This document shows positions 11,140 through 19,963 of a DNA stretch of 64,000 nucleotides, one piece after another. Origin of the DNA: Methylophilaceae bacterium (GTDB lineage: Bacteria; Pseudomonadota; Gammaproteobacteria; Burkholderiales; Methylophilaceae); NCBI GenBank assembly GCA_043774925.1, contig JAYVSZ010000015.1, positions 5,031 through 69,030 on the forward strand, read 5' to 3'. Numbering within the stretch: the stretch's first letter is position 1; each line of letters starts with the position of its first letter. Position numbers and translations under genes: made by a program. The notes beneath the pieces are model-generated. The model was not told the origin of the DNA and made no database searches. It saw nothing but the letters and a program-made list of their open reading frames with translations.

Positions 11140-11310
11140 TTAACCGCCGATAAACGCAGATTAACGCAGATAAAAACGGATTTTTACAACAACTTTTAAA
11201 TATATAACATTAATATTTTGACTAAGACTACAGCGAACCGCTTAAAACAAACAAATATGAACAACGAAATATGAATTTATCGGCTTCCATCTGCGTTTAT
11301 CGGCGGTTAA
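11140..11310. mobile_element. MITE/REP-like element: 22-bp perfect terminal inverted repeats (extendable to about 35 bp imperfect) around an AT-rich core
   Basis: TTAACCGCCGATAAACGCAGAT at 11140-11161 and its exact reverse complement at 11289-11310. A related solo copy lies at 51367-51408. Confidence 0.5.
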
Positions 11311-11325
11311 AATGATTTTAACAAT

Positions 11326-12255
11326 ATGACAACTAAACAACCCTTATCTCACCTAGATTGGCTGGAAGCAGAAGCGATTCACATTCTGCGTGAAGTCGCC
11401 GGCCAATGCAGCAATCCTGTATTGCTTTTTTCTGGCGGCAAGGATTCGCTTTGCATTTTGCGCCTCGCAGAAAAAGCGTTTCGCCCAGGTCGATTCCCCT
11501 TCCCGCTCATGCACATCGACACTGGCCACAATTACAAAGAAGTCGTGGATTTTCGCGATCAGCGCGCTGCCGAACTGGGTGAGCGCTTGATTGTGCGCTC
11601 GGTAGAAGACTCCATGAAGCGCGGTACGGTTGTTTTGAAATCACCTGATGAGCCACGCAATAAACATCAATCCGTCACCTTGCTTGAGGCGATTGAAGAA
11701 CACGGTTTTGATTGCTGCATTGGCGGTGCACGCCGCGATGAAGAAAAAGCCCGCGCCAAAGAGCGCATCATGAGCTTCCGAGATGAGTTTGGCCAATGGG
11801 ATCCAAAAAATCAGCGGCCAGAATTATGGAATTTGTACAACGCCCGTTCGCACAAGGGCGAGAATATCCGCGCCTTTCCGATTAGCAACTGGACAGAAAT
11901 GGACGTTTGGCAATATATAGAGCGCGAAAACTTAGGCTTGCCGAGCATTTACTTTGCACATCAGCGCGACATTATTATGCGTGGCGGCGCGATGATGCCT
12001 GCCAATGTGCCGCTAGCCAATGGCGAAGTGATTAATGTGCCAAAAGTGGGCGAGAAAGTTGTCAATATGCAAGTGCGCTTCCGCACTGTGGGCGATATTA
12101 CTTGCACAGCACCCGTGCTAAGCGATGCAGACAATGTGAGCAAAATCGTGCTGGAAACCGCGACGACGACCATTACCGAGCGCGGCGCAACGCGGCTGGA
12201 CGACCAAACCAGCGATGCGAGTATGGAACAACGCAAAAAAGAAGGCTACTTCTAA
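11326..12255 (+). CDS. cysD: sulfate adenylyltransferase subunit 2
   Basis: LFSGGKDS PP-loop, HIDTGHNY, GGARRDEEKARAKERI, C-terminal QRKKEGYF. Confidence 0.95.
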   Translation: MTTKQPLSHLDWLEAEAIHILREVAGQCSNPVLLFSGGKDSLCILRLAEKAFRPGRFPFPLMHIDTGHNYKEVVDFRDQRAAELGERLIVRSVEDSMKRGTVVLKSPDEPRNKHQSVTLLEAIEEHGFDCCIGGARRDEEKARAKERIMSFRDEFGQWDPKNQRPELWNLYNARSHKGENIRAFPISNWTEMDVWQYIERENLGLPSIYFAHQRDIIMRGGAMMPANVPLANGEVINVPKVGEKVVNMQVRFRTVGDITCTAPVLSDADNVSKIVLETATTTITERGATRLDDQTSDASMEQRKKEGYF

Positions 12256-13544
12256 TGACGACACAACATAACGCCATAAACCAAACTGATAGCCTTCTGC
12301 GCTTTATGACTTGCGGCTCGGTCGATGACGGCAAAAGCACGCTGATTGGCCGCCTGCTGTTCGATACCAAAACTATTTTGGCCGATACGCTCACACAAAT
12401 TTCTAACACCAGCAAAAAGCGTGGCATGGAAGCTGTCGATTTATCACTGCTCACTGACGGCTTGCAAGCAGAACGCGAGCAAGGCATTACCATTGATGTG
12501 GCGTACCGCTATTTTTCGACTGGCACACGCAAATACATTATTGCAGATGCGCCAGGCCACGAGCAATACACGCGCAACATGGTGACCGCGGCTTCTACCG
12601 CCAATTTGGCGATTATTTTGATGGATGCGCGCAAAGGCGTACTCACGCAAACGCGTCGCCATTCATATTTGGCGCACCTCGTGGGCATTCAGCACATTGT
12701 GGTTGCGGTGAATAAAATGGATTTGGTGAATTACGACCAAAAAATTTATGACCAATATTGCGCCGATTATTTAGCTTTTGCTAAAGAAATTGGACTGGCT
12801 GGCGCACGCGATATTCGCTTTATTCCAATGTCTGCACTCAATGGCGATATGTTGGTGGATCGCTTAGAAAACATGCCTTGGTACAAAGACGAGACGTTGC
12901 TAGAGATGCTGGAAAAAGCACCTGCTGCGCATACTGATGTGGATGAAGCGTTTCGCTTTCCCGTGCAGTTTGTCTGTCGCCCGCACGCCAGCGCAGACGC
13001 CGATTTGCACGATTTTAGAGGATTTATGGGGCGCATAGAAAGCGGCGAAATCGCAGTTGGCGATGCGGTGACGGTGCTGCCAAATGGCTACCAATCTACC
13101 GTTAAAGCCATTCAAATTGGCGAACTACAATTAACAAGCGCACAAACCGAGCAAAGCGTAACCTTACTTTTAGCCGATGAAATCGACACCTCGCGCGGTG
13201 ATATGATTGTGAAAACTGGCAGTGGAATTGAGCCTGTAAAACAGATAGAAGCGCATGTTTGTTGGCTTTCAGAAACGCCGTTGTCACCAGCACGCACTTA
13301 TGTGATTCGTCACACCACGCGCGAAAGCAAAGCCAAAGTGGGCGCAATAGAATATAAAATTGATGTAAACACGCTGGAACATCAAGCTACGCCTGATTTA
13401 AAGATGAACGACATTGCACGCATGACGTTTAAACTGGCGCAACCGTTGATGGTGGACAGTTACAGCAAAAATCGTGCGACTGGGGCTTTTATTGTGATTG
13501 ATGAAAGCACAAATAATACCGTTGGTGCGGGCATGATTGTATGA
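12255..13544 (+). CDS. cysN: sulfate adenylyltransferase subunit 1 (GTPase), no fused APS-kinase domain
   Basis: TAATG overlap with cysD. GSVDDGKSTLIGRLL G1 motif, DAPGHEQY, NKMD. The ORF-track start at 12102 is an out-of-context extension inside cysD. Confidence 0.93.
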   Translation: MTTQHNAINQTDSLLRFMTCGSVDDGKSTLIGRLLFDTKTILADTLTQISNTSKKRGMEAVDLSLLTDGLQAEREQGITIDVAYRYFSTGTRKYIIADAPGHEQYTRNMVTAASTANLAIILMDARKGVLTQTRRHSYLAHLVGIQHIVVAVNKMDLVNYDQKIYDQYCADYLAFAKEIGLAGARDIRFIPMSALNGDMLVDRLENMPWYKDETLLEMLEKAPAAHTDVDEAFRFPVQFVCRPHASADADLHDFRGFMGRIESGEIAVGDAVTVLPNGYQSTVKAIQIGELQLTSAQTEQSVTLLLADEIDTSRGDMIVKTGSGIEPVKQIEAHVCWLSETPLSPARTYVIRHTTRESKAKVGAIEYKIDVNTLEHQATPDLKMNDIARMTFKLAQPLMVDSYSKNRATGAFIVIDESTNNTVGAGMIV

Positions 13545-13721
13545 TTTCAAACAATCTCATCGCGTGTGCGTTGTTGCGCGAGCTTGACGTACTAAAATGT
13601 ACTGTCTGCGCTCGCGTGCCTAGCCCAAGCTCCATATTGGTTTAAAATTAAGGCTATCCTGCAAAAACTAAATCTAATAAAATAATGCCTAATATTGGCA
13701 AAGCACTAAAAGGAAAATTAA

Positions 13722-14045
13722 ATGACTTATGTTGTCACCGAAAACTGTATTCAATGTAAATTCACCGATTGCGTGGATGTTTGCCCTGTCGATTGCTTTG
13801 TAGAAGGCCCGAATTTCTTAGCGATTGACCCAGATGAGTGCATTGATTGCACGCTGTGCGTTGCAGAATGCCCCGCAGAGGCGATTTTTGCGGAAGATGA
13901 TGTGCCAGCCGATCAACAACAATTTATCGCGTTAAACGCGCGCCTAGCGAAAGTGTGGCCGATAATTACCTCACGTAAACCGCCGCTGGAAGATGCAGAC
14001 GCCATGATGGGCGTGCCGGATAAGCTCGAGTTGCTGATTGAATAG
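13722..14045 (+). CDS. fdxA: 7Fe ferredoxin (Azotobacter FdxA type)
   Basis: [26 protein letters not shown]...[16 protein letters not shown] with the classic [3Fe-4S][4Fe-4S] cysteine spacing. 107 aa. Confidence 0.9.
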   Translation: MTYVVTENCIQCKFTDCVDVCPVDCFVEGPNFLAIDPDECIDCTLCVAECPAEAIFAEDDVPADQQQFIALNARLAKVWPIITSRKPPLEDADAMMGVPDKLELLIE

Positions 14046-14055
14046 GTAACATTAA

Positions 14056-14084
14056 TAAAAAAGGAGGCAATCGCCTCCTTTTTA
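14056..14084. terminator. bidirectional Rho-independent terminator between convergent fdxA and CHI-like gene
   Basis: AAGGAGGC-aatc-GCCTCCTT stem flanked by an A-run and a T-run. Confidence 0.7.
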
Positions 14085-14094
14085 CTTGTAAATT

Positions 14095-14661
14095 TTAATG
14101 CCCGCCTAACATGGCTTTCTTCAAATCCGCATCCACTGGCTTATCCCCCAACCAAACCTTTAACAACGCTTTGTTAAACGCTTCGCCTTCCGTTGTGCCA
14201 AGCGCCTTGCCGTTCAGGCTCGCTTGCGTGCCTTTGCCTGGCACATAATCCAACACAACCACATCGCCCTCTTTTACCGCGCCACCCGCCGTCATGTGCT
14301 GACGAAACGCTTTGAGCTGCGGCTCTAAAGCGGCCAATTCAGCAGCAGTGTTATTGGCTTCCAAGCCTTCATCCAGTGCATGCACCAATTTCTCGGCACT
14401 TAGACTGCGCAGCATGTGTAACGAAACACGTTTCGCGCCTGTATCTGAAAGCACTGCAGCTGAGTCAGTTTTTTTAGCTGACAAATATAAAGCGCCAACA
14501 TACACTTTAAACACCATTTTGGTGCGTATGCCCGCACCGTTAAGCACTAAAGCGCTATCGCCCACTTGCACGCTGTCGTCGAGCTTCACGCCGTGCACTT
14601 CTGCCGCTTGCGCTGAAAATACTACACTGGCTAACAACAAAGCCAATAAATAACGTTTCAT
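14095..14661 (-). CDS. secreted chalcone-isomerase-fold family protein (ATG at 14661; track start 14667 is TTG)
   Basis: Signal peptide ending AQA. LNGAGIRTKMVFKVYVGALYL and ALLKVWLGDKPVD are typical of bacterial CHI-like proteins. GGGGAA Shine-Dalgarno upstream of 14661. Confidence 0.7.
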   Translation of the reverse strand: MKRYLLALLLASVVFSAQAAEVHGVKLDDSVQVGDSALVLNGAGIRTKMVFKVYVGALYLSAKKTDSAAVLSDTGAKRVSLHMLRSLSAEKLVHALDEGLEANNTAAELAALEPQLKAFRQHMTAGGAVKEGDVVVLDYVPGKGTQASLNGKALGTTEGEAFNKALLKVWLGDKPVDADLKKAMLGGH

Positions 14662-14677
14662 TATCAATTCCCCAAAT

Positions 14678-14714
14678 AAAAAAAACCGAGCCAGATTAAG
14701 TAATCACGGCTCGG
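14678..14714 (-). terminator. Rho-independent terminator after the FadL-like gene
   Basis: On the minus strand, CCGAGCC-15 nt-GGCTCGG followed by TTTTTTTT. Confidence 0.65.
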
Positions 14715-14736
14715 CGCCAATAAGCATTAACGCACA

Positions 14737-16044
14737 TTAGAAGTTATGGGTGTACTGCACGCTTAAAATATTGACTTCGCCATCGTAGCTGCCTTTTAAG
14801 CGACCGCTGTTAAATGGGGCAGTCGGGCTATTAGCGGTTTGATTATCATCTATCGGTGCCGCACTAATAAAAAGATGCGAATAACCTATATCTACTTTGC
14901 CCGCTGGCGTTAATTGATAACTTGCACCAAGTGAAACCCATTTTCTGTCATTGCCAGGAATGCGTGCAGTGCGGAATTGGTCATCAATCGCCTCTTCATC
15001 GTAAGCTAAACCAGCACGTAGTTTTAAAGCATCACTATAATGATAATTCGCACCTACCGAATAACGCATCGTGTTATGCCAGTTTTCAGCAGTGTTTGTA
15101 AGCAAAGTACCACTCGAACGTAAAATTCTAAGTTCCTTAAATCGATTCCAACCTGTCCAAGTTACATCGCCCATCAAATCCCACTTGTCATCTATTTTAC
15201 TAAAAACACTTAAAGATAAATTTTCAGGTAAAGAAACAGCGGCTGTGACGTTTCCATTAGGTGTAGCATTTACTAGCGTAGCTGGTAAGCCGGCAGGTCG
15301 TGTAAAATTTACATCACCTTCTAGTTTCTGATTCACTTTAGAGCGATAGGCTACACCAATGCGTGTATCCGCAGTAGCTTGGTAAATAGCCCCAAGGTTA
15401 AAACCAAACCCCCAATCATCACCTTTTACCTTAGCAAGGCCCTCTCCAAAAGGACCGAAGTTTACGGCTCTAGTCAGCTCCGCTTGCGCCCACATGGCAG
15501 AAACACCAAAACCCAGCGAGAGTTGATCATTGACTTTAAAAGCAACAGCAGGATTAATGTTAATGGTTTTGACTTCTGATTTAAGCGCTTGAAAGCGACC
15601 CATCCAACCATTGTCATACTCTGTTTTAAGGCCAAATGGTGCGTTAATGCCTAACCCCAATTTAATAGAAGGCACAATATCTGTGACTAAATACATATTG
15701 GGTACAAAAGCTAAATCACCTGCATCCCCGCCGTTCCCGCCTAATGGCCTAAAAACTGTTTTCGCAAAATTAATGTTAGCTGGCACAGTGCCATTATTAT
15801 TAAACTCCGCACTGGGTTTGATGAGATGCAAAGCGCCCACCACTTGCGTGCCATCAATATACGTCATACCAGCCGGATTGAAATAGACCGTACTTGCATC
15901 TTCAGCCGCTGCTGCACCGCCTGCAAAGGCATTGCCCATGCCGCTGGCGCTTTGTTCGATAAGTGCGAAACCCGCTGCATGTGCGCCAGATGCGGCAAAT
16001 AGCGAAGCCAATACAGCAGCCTTAATAATGTGATTGTTTTTCAT
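14737..16044 (-). CDS. OmpP1/FadL/TodX-family outer-membrane hydrophobic-compound channel
   Basis: Signal peptide ...GAHA, then AGFALIEQSASGMGNAFAGGAA (canonical FadL N-terminus). Beta-strand periodicity and C-terminal YTHNF. Confidence 0.85.
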   Translation of the reverse strand: MKNNHIIKAAVLASLFAASGAHAAGFALIEQSASGMGNAFAGGAAAAEDASTVYFNPAGMTYIDGTQVVGALHLIKPSAEFNNNGTVPANINFAKTVFRPLGGNGGDAGDLAFVPNMYLVTDIVPSIKLGLGINAPFGLKTEYDNGWMGRFQALKSEVKTININPAVAFKVNDQLSLGFGVSAMWAQAELTRAVNFGPFGEGLAKVKGDDWGFGFNLGAIYQATADTRIGVAYRSKVNQKLEGDVNFTRPAGLPATLVNATPNGNVTAAVSLPENLSLSVFSKIDDKWDLMGDVTWTGWNRFKELRILRSSGTLLTNTAENWHNTMRYSVGANYHYSDALKLRAGLAYDEEAIDDQFRTARIPGNDRKWVSLGASYQLTPAGKVDIGYSHLFISAAPIDDNQTANSPTAPFNSGRLKGSYDGEVNILSVQYTHNF

Positions 16045-16281
16045 GAAGATATCCCTAATTCTGATTATTTATAATAGTTTATAAGTTTTTTATTTTCTTC
16101 TTATTTTTTATACATTTAAGCTACCCGTATCCTACTAATTTTTATACGTTTAGTACAGTTTTTTGCTCTGCATGTTAATTAATCAGCAAAGATAAGTCTC
16201 GGTTTTGGATAATATACGACAGCAACATGATTTATACTTGGTTTACTACTATTTAGGTTTGACTTCATTTAGTGATATCTC

Positions 16282-16863
16282 ATGGATGCAATTTCAAACA
16301 TCGCCCTCGCTAGCGGGCTAAGCTGGGCAAGCGGTTTGCGACTTTATGCCACAGTGTTTATCGTCGGCTTACTCGGCAAGCTTGGCTACGTGCCTTTACC
16401 TGCAGGCTTGCATATCCTTACCAATCCCGTCGTTATTGGCGTTGCAGGCATATTGTGTGTCATTGAGTTTCTTGCGGACAAGTTTCCGTACATCGATAGC
16501 CTGTGGGATAGCGTGCACACCTTCATTCGCATCCCTGCTGGCGCGCTTTTGGCGATGGGCGCCATTAATAGCGCCGATCCGATGATTGCAACACTGGTTG
16601 CGTTACTTGGCGGCTCGCTCGCTGGCGCGACGCACTTTACCAAAGCGGGTAGCCGTGCGCTAATAAATACATCGCCCGAACCTGTGAGCAATGTCGCGGC
16701 ATCATTTGGGGAGGACGGCTTGTGGCTCACGGGCGGTTGGCTGGCGCTGGCGCACCCCGCCGTGTTTATTGGCTGTTTAACTGGTTTTGTGATTGTGATG
16801 CTTTGGTTTATTCCAAAACTTTGGCACGGTATTAAGCTGGTTTTGTCGCGCTTGATGACTTAA
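16282..16863 (+). CDS. DUF4126-domain membrane protein
   Basis: GLSWASGLRLYATVF...EFLADKFPYIDSLWDSVHTFIRIPAGA pattern typical of DUF4126. Confidence 0.65.
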   Translation: MDAISNIALASGLSWASGLRLYATVFIVGLLGKLGYVPLPAGLHILTNPVVIGVAGILCVIEFLADKFPYIDSLWDSVHTFIRIPAGALLAMGAINSADPMIATLVALLGGSLAGATHFTKAGSRALINTSPEPVSNVAASFGEDGLWLTGGWLALAHPAVFIGCLTGFVIVMLWFIPKLWHGIKLVLSRLMT

Positions 16864-16873
16864 AGCAAGCTAT

Positions 16874-17056
16874 TTACTTTGAAACAGACTTTACTTCATC
16901 TGGGCTTGCGCGCTCTAGAATGCCCTCGGCAATGATGGCCTCAAACAAAGCCTGCACGCGGCGATCATAATTGTCATCCAATACTCTGGCGTTGCTTGCC
17001 TGATAGTTGCGCACCGCTTCACGTTCTAAAATTGCAGAATCCACTAATTTATTCAT
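16874..17056 (-). CDS. small cytoplasmic orphan protein (60 aa from ATG 17056; track start 17068 is TTG)
   Basis: ORF with a GGAGA Shine-Dalgarno 5 nt before ATG 17056. A predicted sigma70 promoter and two GGGAW-N3-WTCCC palindromes lie upstream. No recognisable domain. Confidence 0.4.
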   Translation of the reverse strand: MNKLVDSAILEREAVRNYQASNARVLDDNYDRRVQALFEAIIAEGILERASPDEVKSVSK

Positions 17057-17099
17057 GCTCTTCTCCAAACCACTTAACTTTAAACCCGTTTTTTATTTG

Positions 17100-17164
17100 G
17101 GATACTTTCCCGTTAAGCAGAACAATAAAGCTACTTAAATGCCGTGTCAAGGGAATTTATCCCT
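17100..17164 (-). promoter_or_regulatory. predicted promoter (-35 TTGACA 17146-17151, -10 TATTGT 17123-17128, 17-nt spacer) flanked by two palindromic operator-like sites
   Basis: Read on the minus strand: GGGAAAGTATCCC (17100-17112) and GGGATAAATTCCC (17152-17164). Same motif as at 25536 and 26106/26138. Confidence 0.45.
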
Positions 17165-17177
17165 TTTAATTGAAAAT

Positions 17178-18362
17178 TTACAAATTTTTACAAATTAGGC
17201 TTTTCCTCACGCACAACCACCCAATCAGTAAGTAAGTCAGCATGCCTAGCGCCAAGCCAAGTGGGCTGTTCCAGAGCAATGGAATCACCAAACCAGCCGA
17301 AACTGTAGAAAACATCATTTGCACAAACGCTTGGGCAGAAGCCGCAGTGCCGCGCAGTTTTGGCATTCTATCCAACGCGGCGAGCGAAAGAATGGGCACT
17401 GCAAGCGCCATGCCGATATTGTACAAAGCAATCGGCAAAATATTGGCGAACACACTGACTGGTAAAAACACGCAAATAGCGACATTCAACAATGCCGCGC
17501 AAGCCATCCATGCATAAGCAGCATAAATGACTTTGTGTGCTGCGTATTTTCCCGCTGTGAGCCGCGCCAAATATGAGCCGAACACCATGCCGCACACGGT
17601 AGGAATAAACATATAGCCAAATTGGTGCGGGTTCAGTTTTAAATGTTGAAGAAGAAAAACAGGTGCGGAAAGCACATAGACAAAAAATCCTGCAAAATTG
17701 GCGCCCACCGCGCAAACCAGCTTATTAAACTCAGTATCGCCAAACGCTTGTTTGTAGCCAGACAGCACTTGTTTGCCAGAAAGCGGCACGCGCTTATCTA
17801 CAGGCACTGTCTCAGGAAGAAATATCCATGCGGCTGCTAGGGCAGCGACTGCATAAATACAGAGGAAAATAAAGATAGCTTGCCAGTGAATGCCAAGCAG
17901 CCAGCCACCAATGATCGGCGCAATGGCGGGTGCGAGGCCAAAAATCATTTGCACTTGCGCCATCACTTTTTGCGCTTGCACGCCTTCGAATAAATCGCGT
18001 ACCATGGCGCGCGCCACCACATTGCCCGCCCCTGCTGATGCGCCCTGCACCGCGCGAAAAAACCATAAAGTTTCGACATCTTTCGCAAACGCGCAACCAA
18101 TAGAAGCGAGCGCAAACATGCCCAAACCCCAGCGAATTGCCGCAATACGACCAATTGAATCGGACAGCGCGCCGTGCCACAAAGTCATTAAGGCGTAAGG
18201 CAGTAAATATGCGGTTAAGCTTTGTTGCAGCTGCAAATTATTGCCGTGCAAATCCGCTGCCATGGCAGGGAAAGCGGGCAAATAAGTATCGATGGCGAAT
18301 GGCGCGAGCGCGGCCAAACTGGCAAGCACGAAGGAAATGACGAGCGAGGAAGTTTTAATCAT
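17178..18362 (-). CDS. bcr: MFS transporter, Bcr/CflA drug-resistance subfamily
   Basis: 394 aa, 12 TM. FAIDTYLPAFPAMAADL and LSDSIGRI motifs typical of Bcr/CflA. Confidence 0.8.
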   Translation of the reverse strand: MIKTSSLVISFVLASLAALAPFAIDTYLPAFPAMAADLHGNNLQLQQSLTAYLLPYALMTLWHGALSDSIGRIAAIRWGLGMFALASIGCAFAKDVETLWFFRAVQGASAGAGNVVARAMVRDLFEGVQAQKVMAQVQMIFGLAPAIAPIIGGWLLGIHWQAIFIFLCIYAVAALAAAWIFLPETVPVDKRVPLSGKQVLSGYKQAFGDTEFNKLVCAVGANFAGFFVYVLSAPVFLLQHLKLNPHQFGYMFIPTVCGMVFGSYLARLTAGKYAAHKVIYAAYAWMACAALLNVAICVFLPVSVFANILPIALYNIGMALAVPILSLAALDRMPKLRGTAASAQAFVQMMFSTVSAGLVIPLLWNSPLGLALGMLTYLLIGWLCVRKSLICKNL

Positions 18363-18381
18363 AAAGGGATTGTACCAAAAT

Positions 18382-18410
18382 AAAAAAACTCGCTAAATAG
18401 CGAGTTTTTC
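18382..18410 (-). terminator. Rho-independent terminator after pqqE
   Basis: On the minus strand, ACTCGCT-attt-AGCGAGT followed by TTTTTTTATTTT. Confidence 0.7.
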
Positions 18411-18415
18411 ATGTC

Positions 18416-19639
18416 TTAAGGCAGCGCGTGAAAGCCTTCTACACGCTCTTTATCGCCAGCCGCATATTTTTTAGAATTTTTATCGGTTCTAAAAATAATG
18501 GGTTGTGATTGAATTTGCGGATTTTTAGAGGCTTCAATCGCTTCATCAATCAAGTGGCGATTAGGCGATTTACTACAAACAGGGTCTGCGCTTTCTGCAT
18601 CGCCAGAAAGTAAAAACGCTTGGCAACGGCAGCCGCCAAGGTCGTTATCTTTTTCGCTACAACTGCGGCAAGGCTCTTTCATCCAATCTTGGCCGCGGTA
18701 CTTATTAAAGGCCGGGCTTTCTTTCCACGCCCATTCCAAGCCGTTTTCACGCACATTGGGGAATGTAATGCCAGGTAAAACGCGTGCGGAATGGCAAGGC
18801 AACACATCGCCATTGGCGGTCACAATCATAAACACTTCGCCCCAGCCATTCATACATTTTTTTGGGCGGTCGCCAAAATAATCTGGCACCACGAAAAACA
18901 CTTTCATTTTATTGCCAACGCGCGCGCGGAAGGCATTTGTAATGCGCTCGGCTTCGTCAATTTGCTCTTTTAATGGCATCAGTTGGCTTCTGTTCACCAA
19001 ACTCCAACCGTAATATTGCGTATTTGCCAGCTCCACATAATCCGCGCCAAGCGCTTCAGCCATCTCGAGAATTTCTTTAATATGGCCAATGTTATAGCGG
19101 TGAATCACCACGTTCAGCACCATCGGGTAGCCGTGATTTTTAATCATGGCGGCCACTTTTTTCTTTAATTCAAACGTTTTGGTATTGGTAATAAAGTTAT
19201 TAATTTCTTCGGTAATGTCGTGCATAGAAAGCTGAATATGATCCAAGCCGCCTTCTTTAAAGGCTTGAATACGTTTTTCGGTTAAACCGACGCCTGACGT
19301 AATCAAATTGCTGTAATAGCCAAGTTTTTTCGCCTCGATGACAATTTCTTCAATATCGTCACGCAGCAACGGCTCGCCGCCAGAAATGCCCAGCTGAATC
19401 GCGCCTTGCTTGCGTGCATCTCGCAATACCTGAATCCATTGCTCGGTATTCAGTTCGTTTTGTGTGTGTTTGTCGTAATCGGTCGGGTTGTAGCAAAAGG
19501 CGCAATGCAGCGGACAGCGATAGGTAATCTCCGCCAGCAACCACAGCGGTTGCGTGTGCGTGATATTGGCTGCAACGCCGTTATTCTGCGCTTGCACAGC
19601 CTGTTGTACCGCAGACTCGCCTAAAGAGTTTTGTGTCAT
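18416..19639 (-). CDS. pqqE: PQQ biosynthesis radical-SAM protein PqqE
   Basis: LLAEITYRCPLHCAFCYNP (CxxxCxxC), SPASM-type C-terminal cysteines. Last gene of the pqq operon. Confidence 0.95.
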   Translation of the reverse strand: MTQNSLGESAVQQAVQAQNNGVAANITHTQPLWLLAEITYRCPLHCAFCYNPTDYDKHTQNELNTEQWIQVLRDARKQGAIQLGISGGEPLLRDDIEEIVIEAKKLGYYSNLITSGVGLTEKRIQAFKEGGLDHIQLSMHDITEEINNFITNTKTFELKKKVAAMIKNHGYPMVLNVVIHRYNIGHIKEILEMAEALGADYVELANTQYYGWSLVNRSQLMPLKEQIDEAERITNAFRARVGNKMKVFFVVPDYFGDRPKKCMNGWGEVFMIVTANGDVLPCHSARVLPGITFPNVRENGLEWAWKESPAFNKYRGQDWMKEPCRSCSEKDNDLGGCRCQAFLLSGDAESADPVCSKSPNRHLIDEAIEASKNPQIQSQPIIFRTDKNSKKYAAGDKERVEGFHALP

Positions 19640-19648
19640 TTGCTGCTC

Positions 19649-19945
19649 CTAATTTATTTTGCGAATCCAAGCTTTACCAAAAGCCATATCAAACATGCCC
19701 AAAATATCTTTTTCTATGGCTTCGGCGTCTGGAAATTTGGCTTTAAGTGCCGCCACAATCTCGCCCACTGTCGCTTTGCCGTCTACCAATTTAATCACTT
19801 CGCCCGCGCCGCCATGTAGTTTGACCATGCCTTCTGGAAAAAGTATCACATAACTTTGCTGCGCTTCTTCCCACTGAAAGCGGTGATGCAGTGCGATGGC
19901 GTAAATGTCACTGCTTTTTATATTGTCTTCTATTTTATTTTCCAT
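19649..19945 (-). CDS. pqqD: PQQ biosynthesis peptide chaperone PqqD
   Basis: 98 aa. FQWEEAQQSYVILFPEGMVKLHGGAGEVIKLVDGKATVGEIV is the typical PqqD pattern. Lies between pqqC and pqqE. Confidence 0.9.
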   Translation of the reverse strand: MENKIEDNIKSSDIYAIALHHRFQWEEAQQSYVILFPEGMVKLHGGAGEVIKLVDGKATVGEIVAALKAKFPDAEAIEKDILGMFDMAFGKAWIRKIN

Positions 19946-19963
19946 GTATGCCTTAATACTTAT

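Noticed and set aside
12102-12254. N-terminal 51-codon extension of the cysN ORF in the track
   Set aside because: It lies entirely inside cysD in another frame and is Arg-rich nonsense. The canonical CysN N-terminus begins at ATG 12255, which overlaps the cysD stop as TAATG.
13577-13616. Imperfect long hairpin after cysN (CGCGAGC...GTAC-taaaat-GTAC...GCTCGCG)
   Set aside because: It has no U-tract and contains internal loops, so I cannot support it as a terminator or as a repeat-family member from this window alone.
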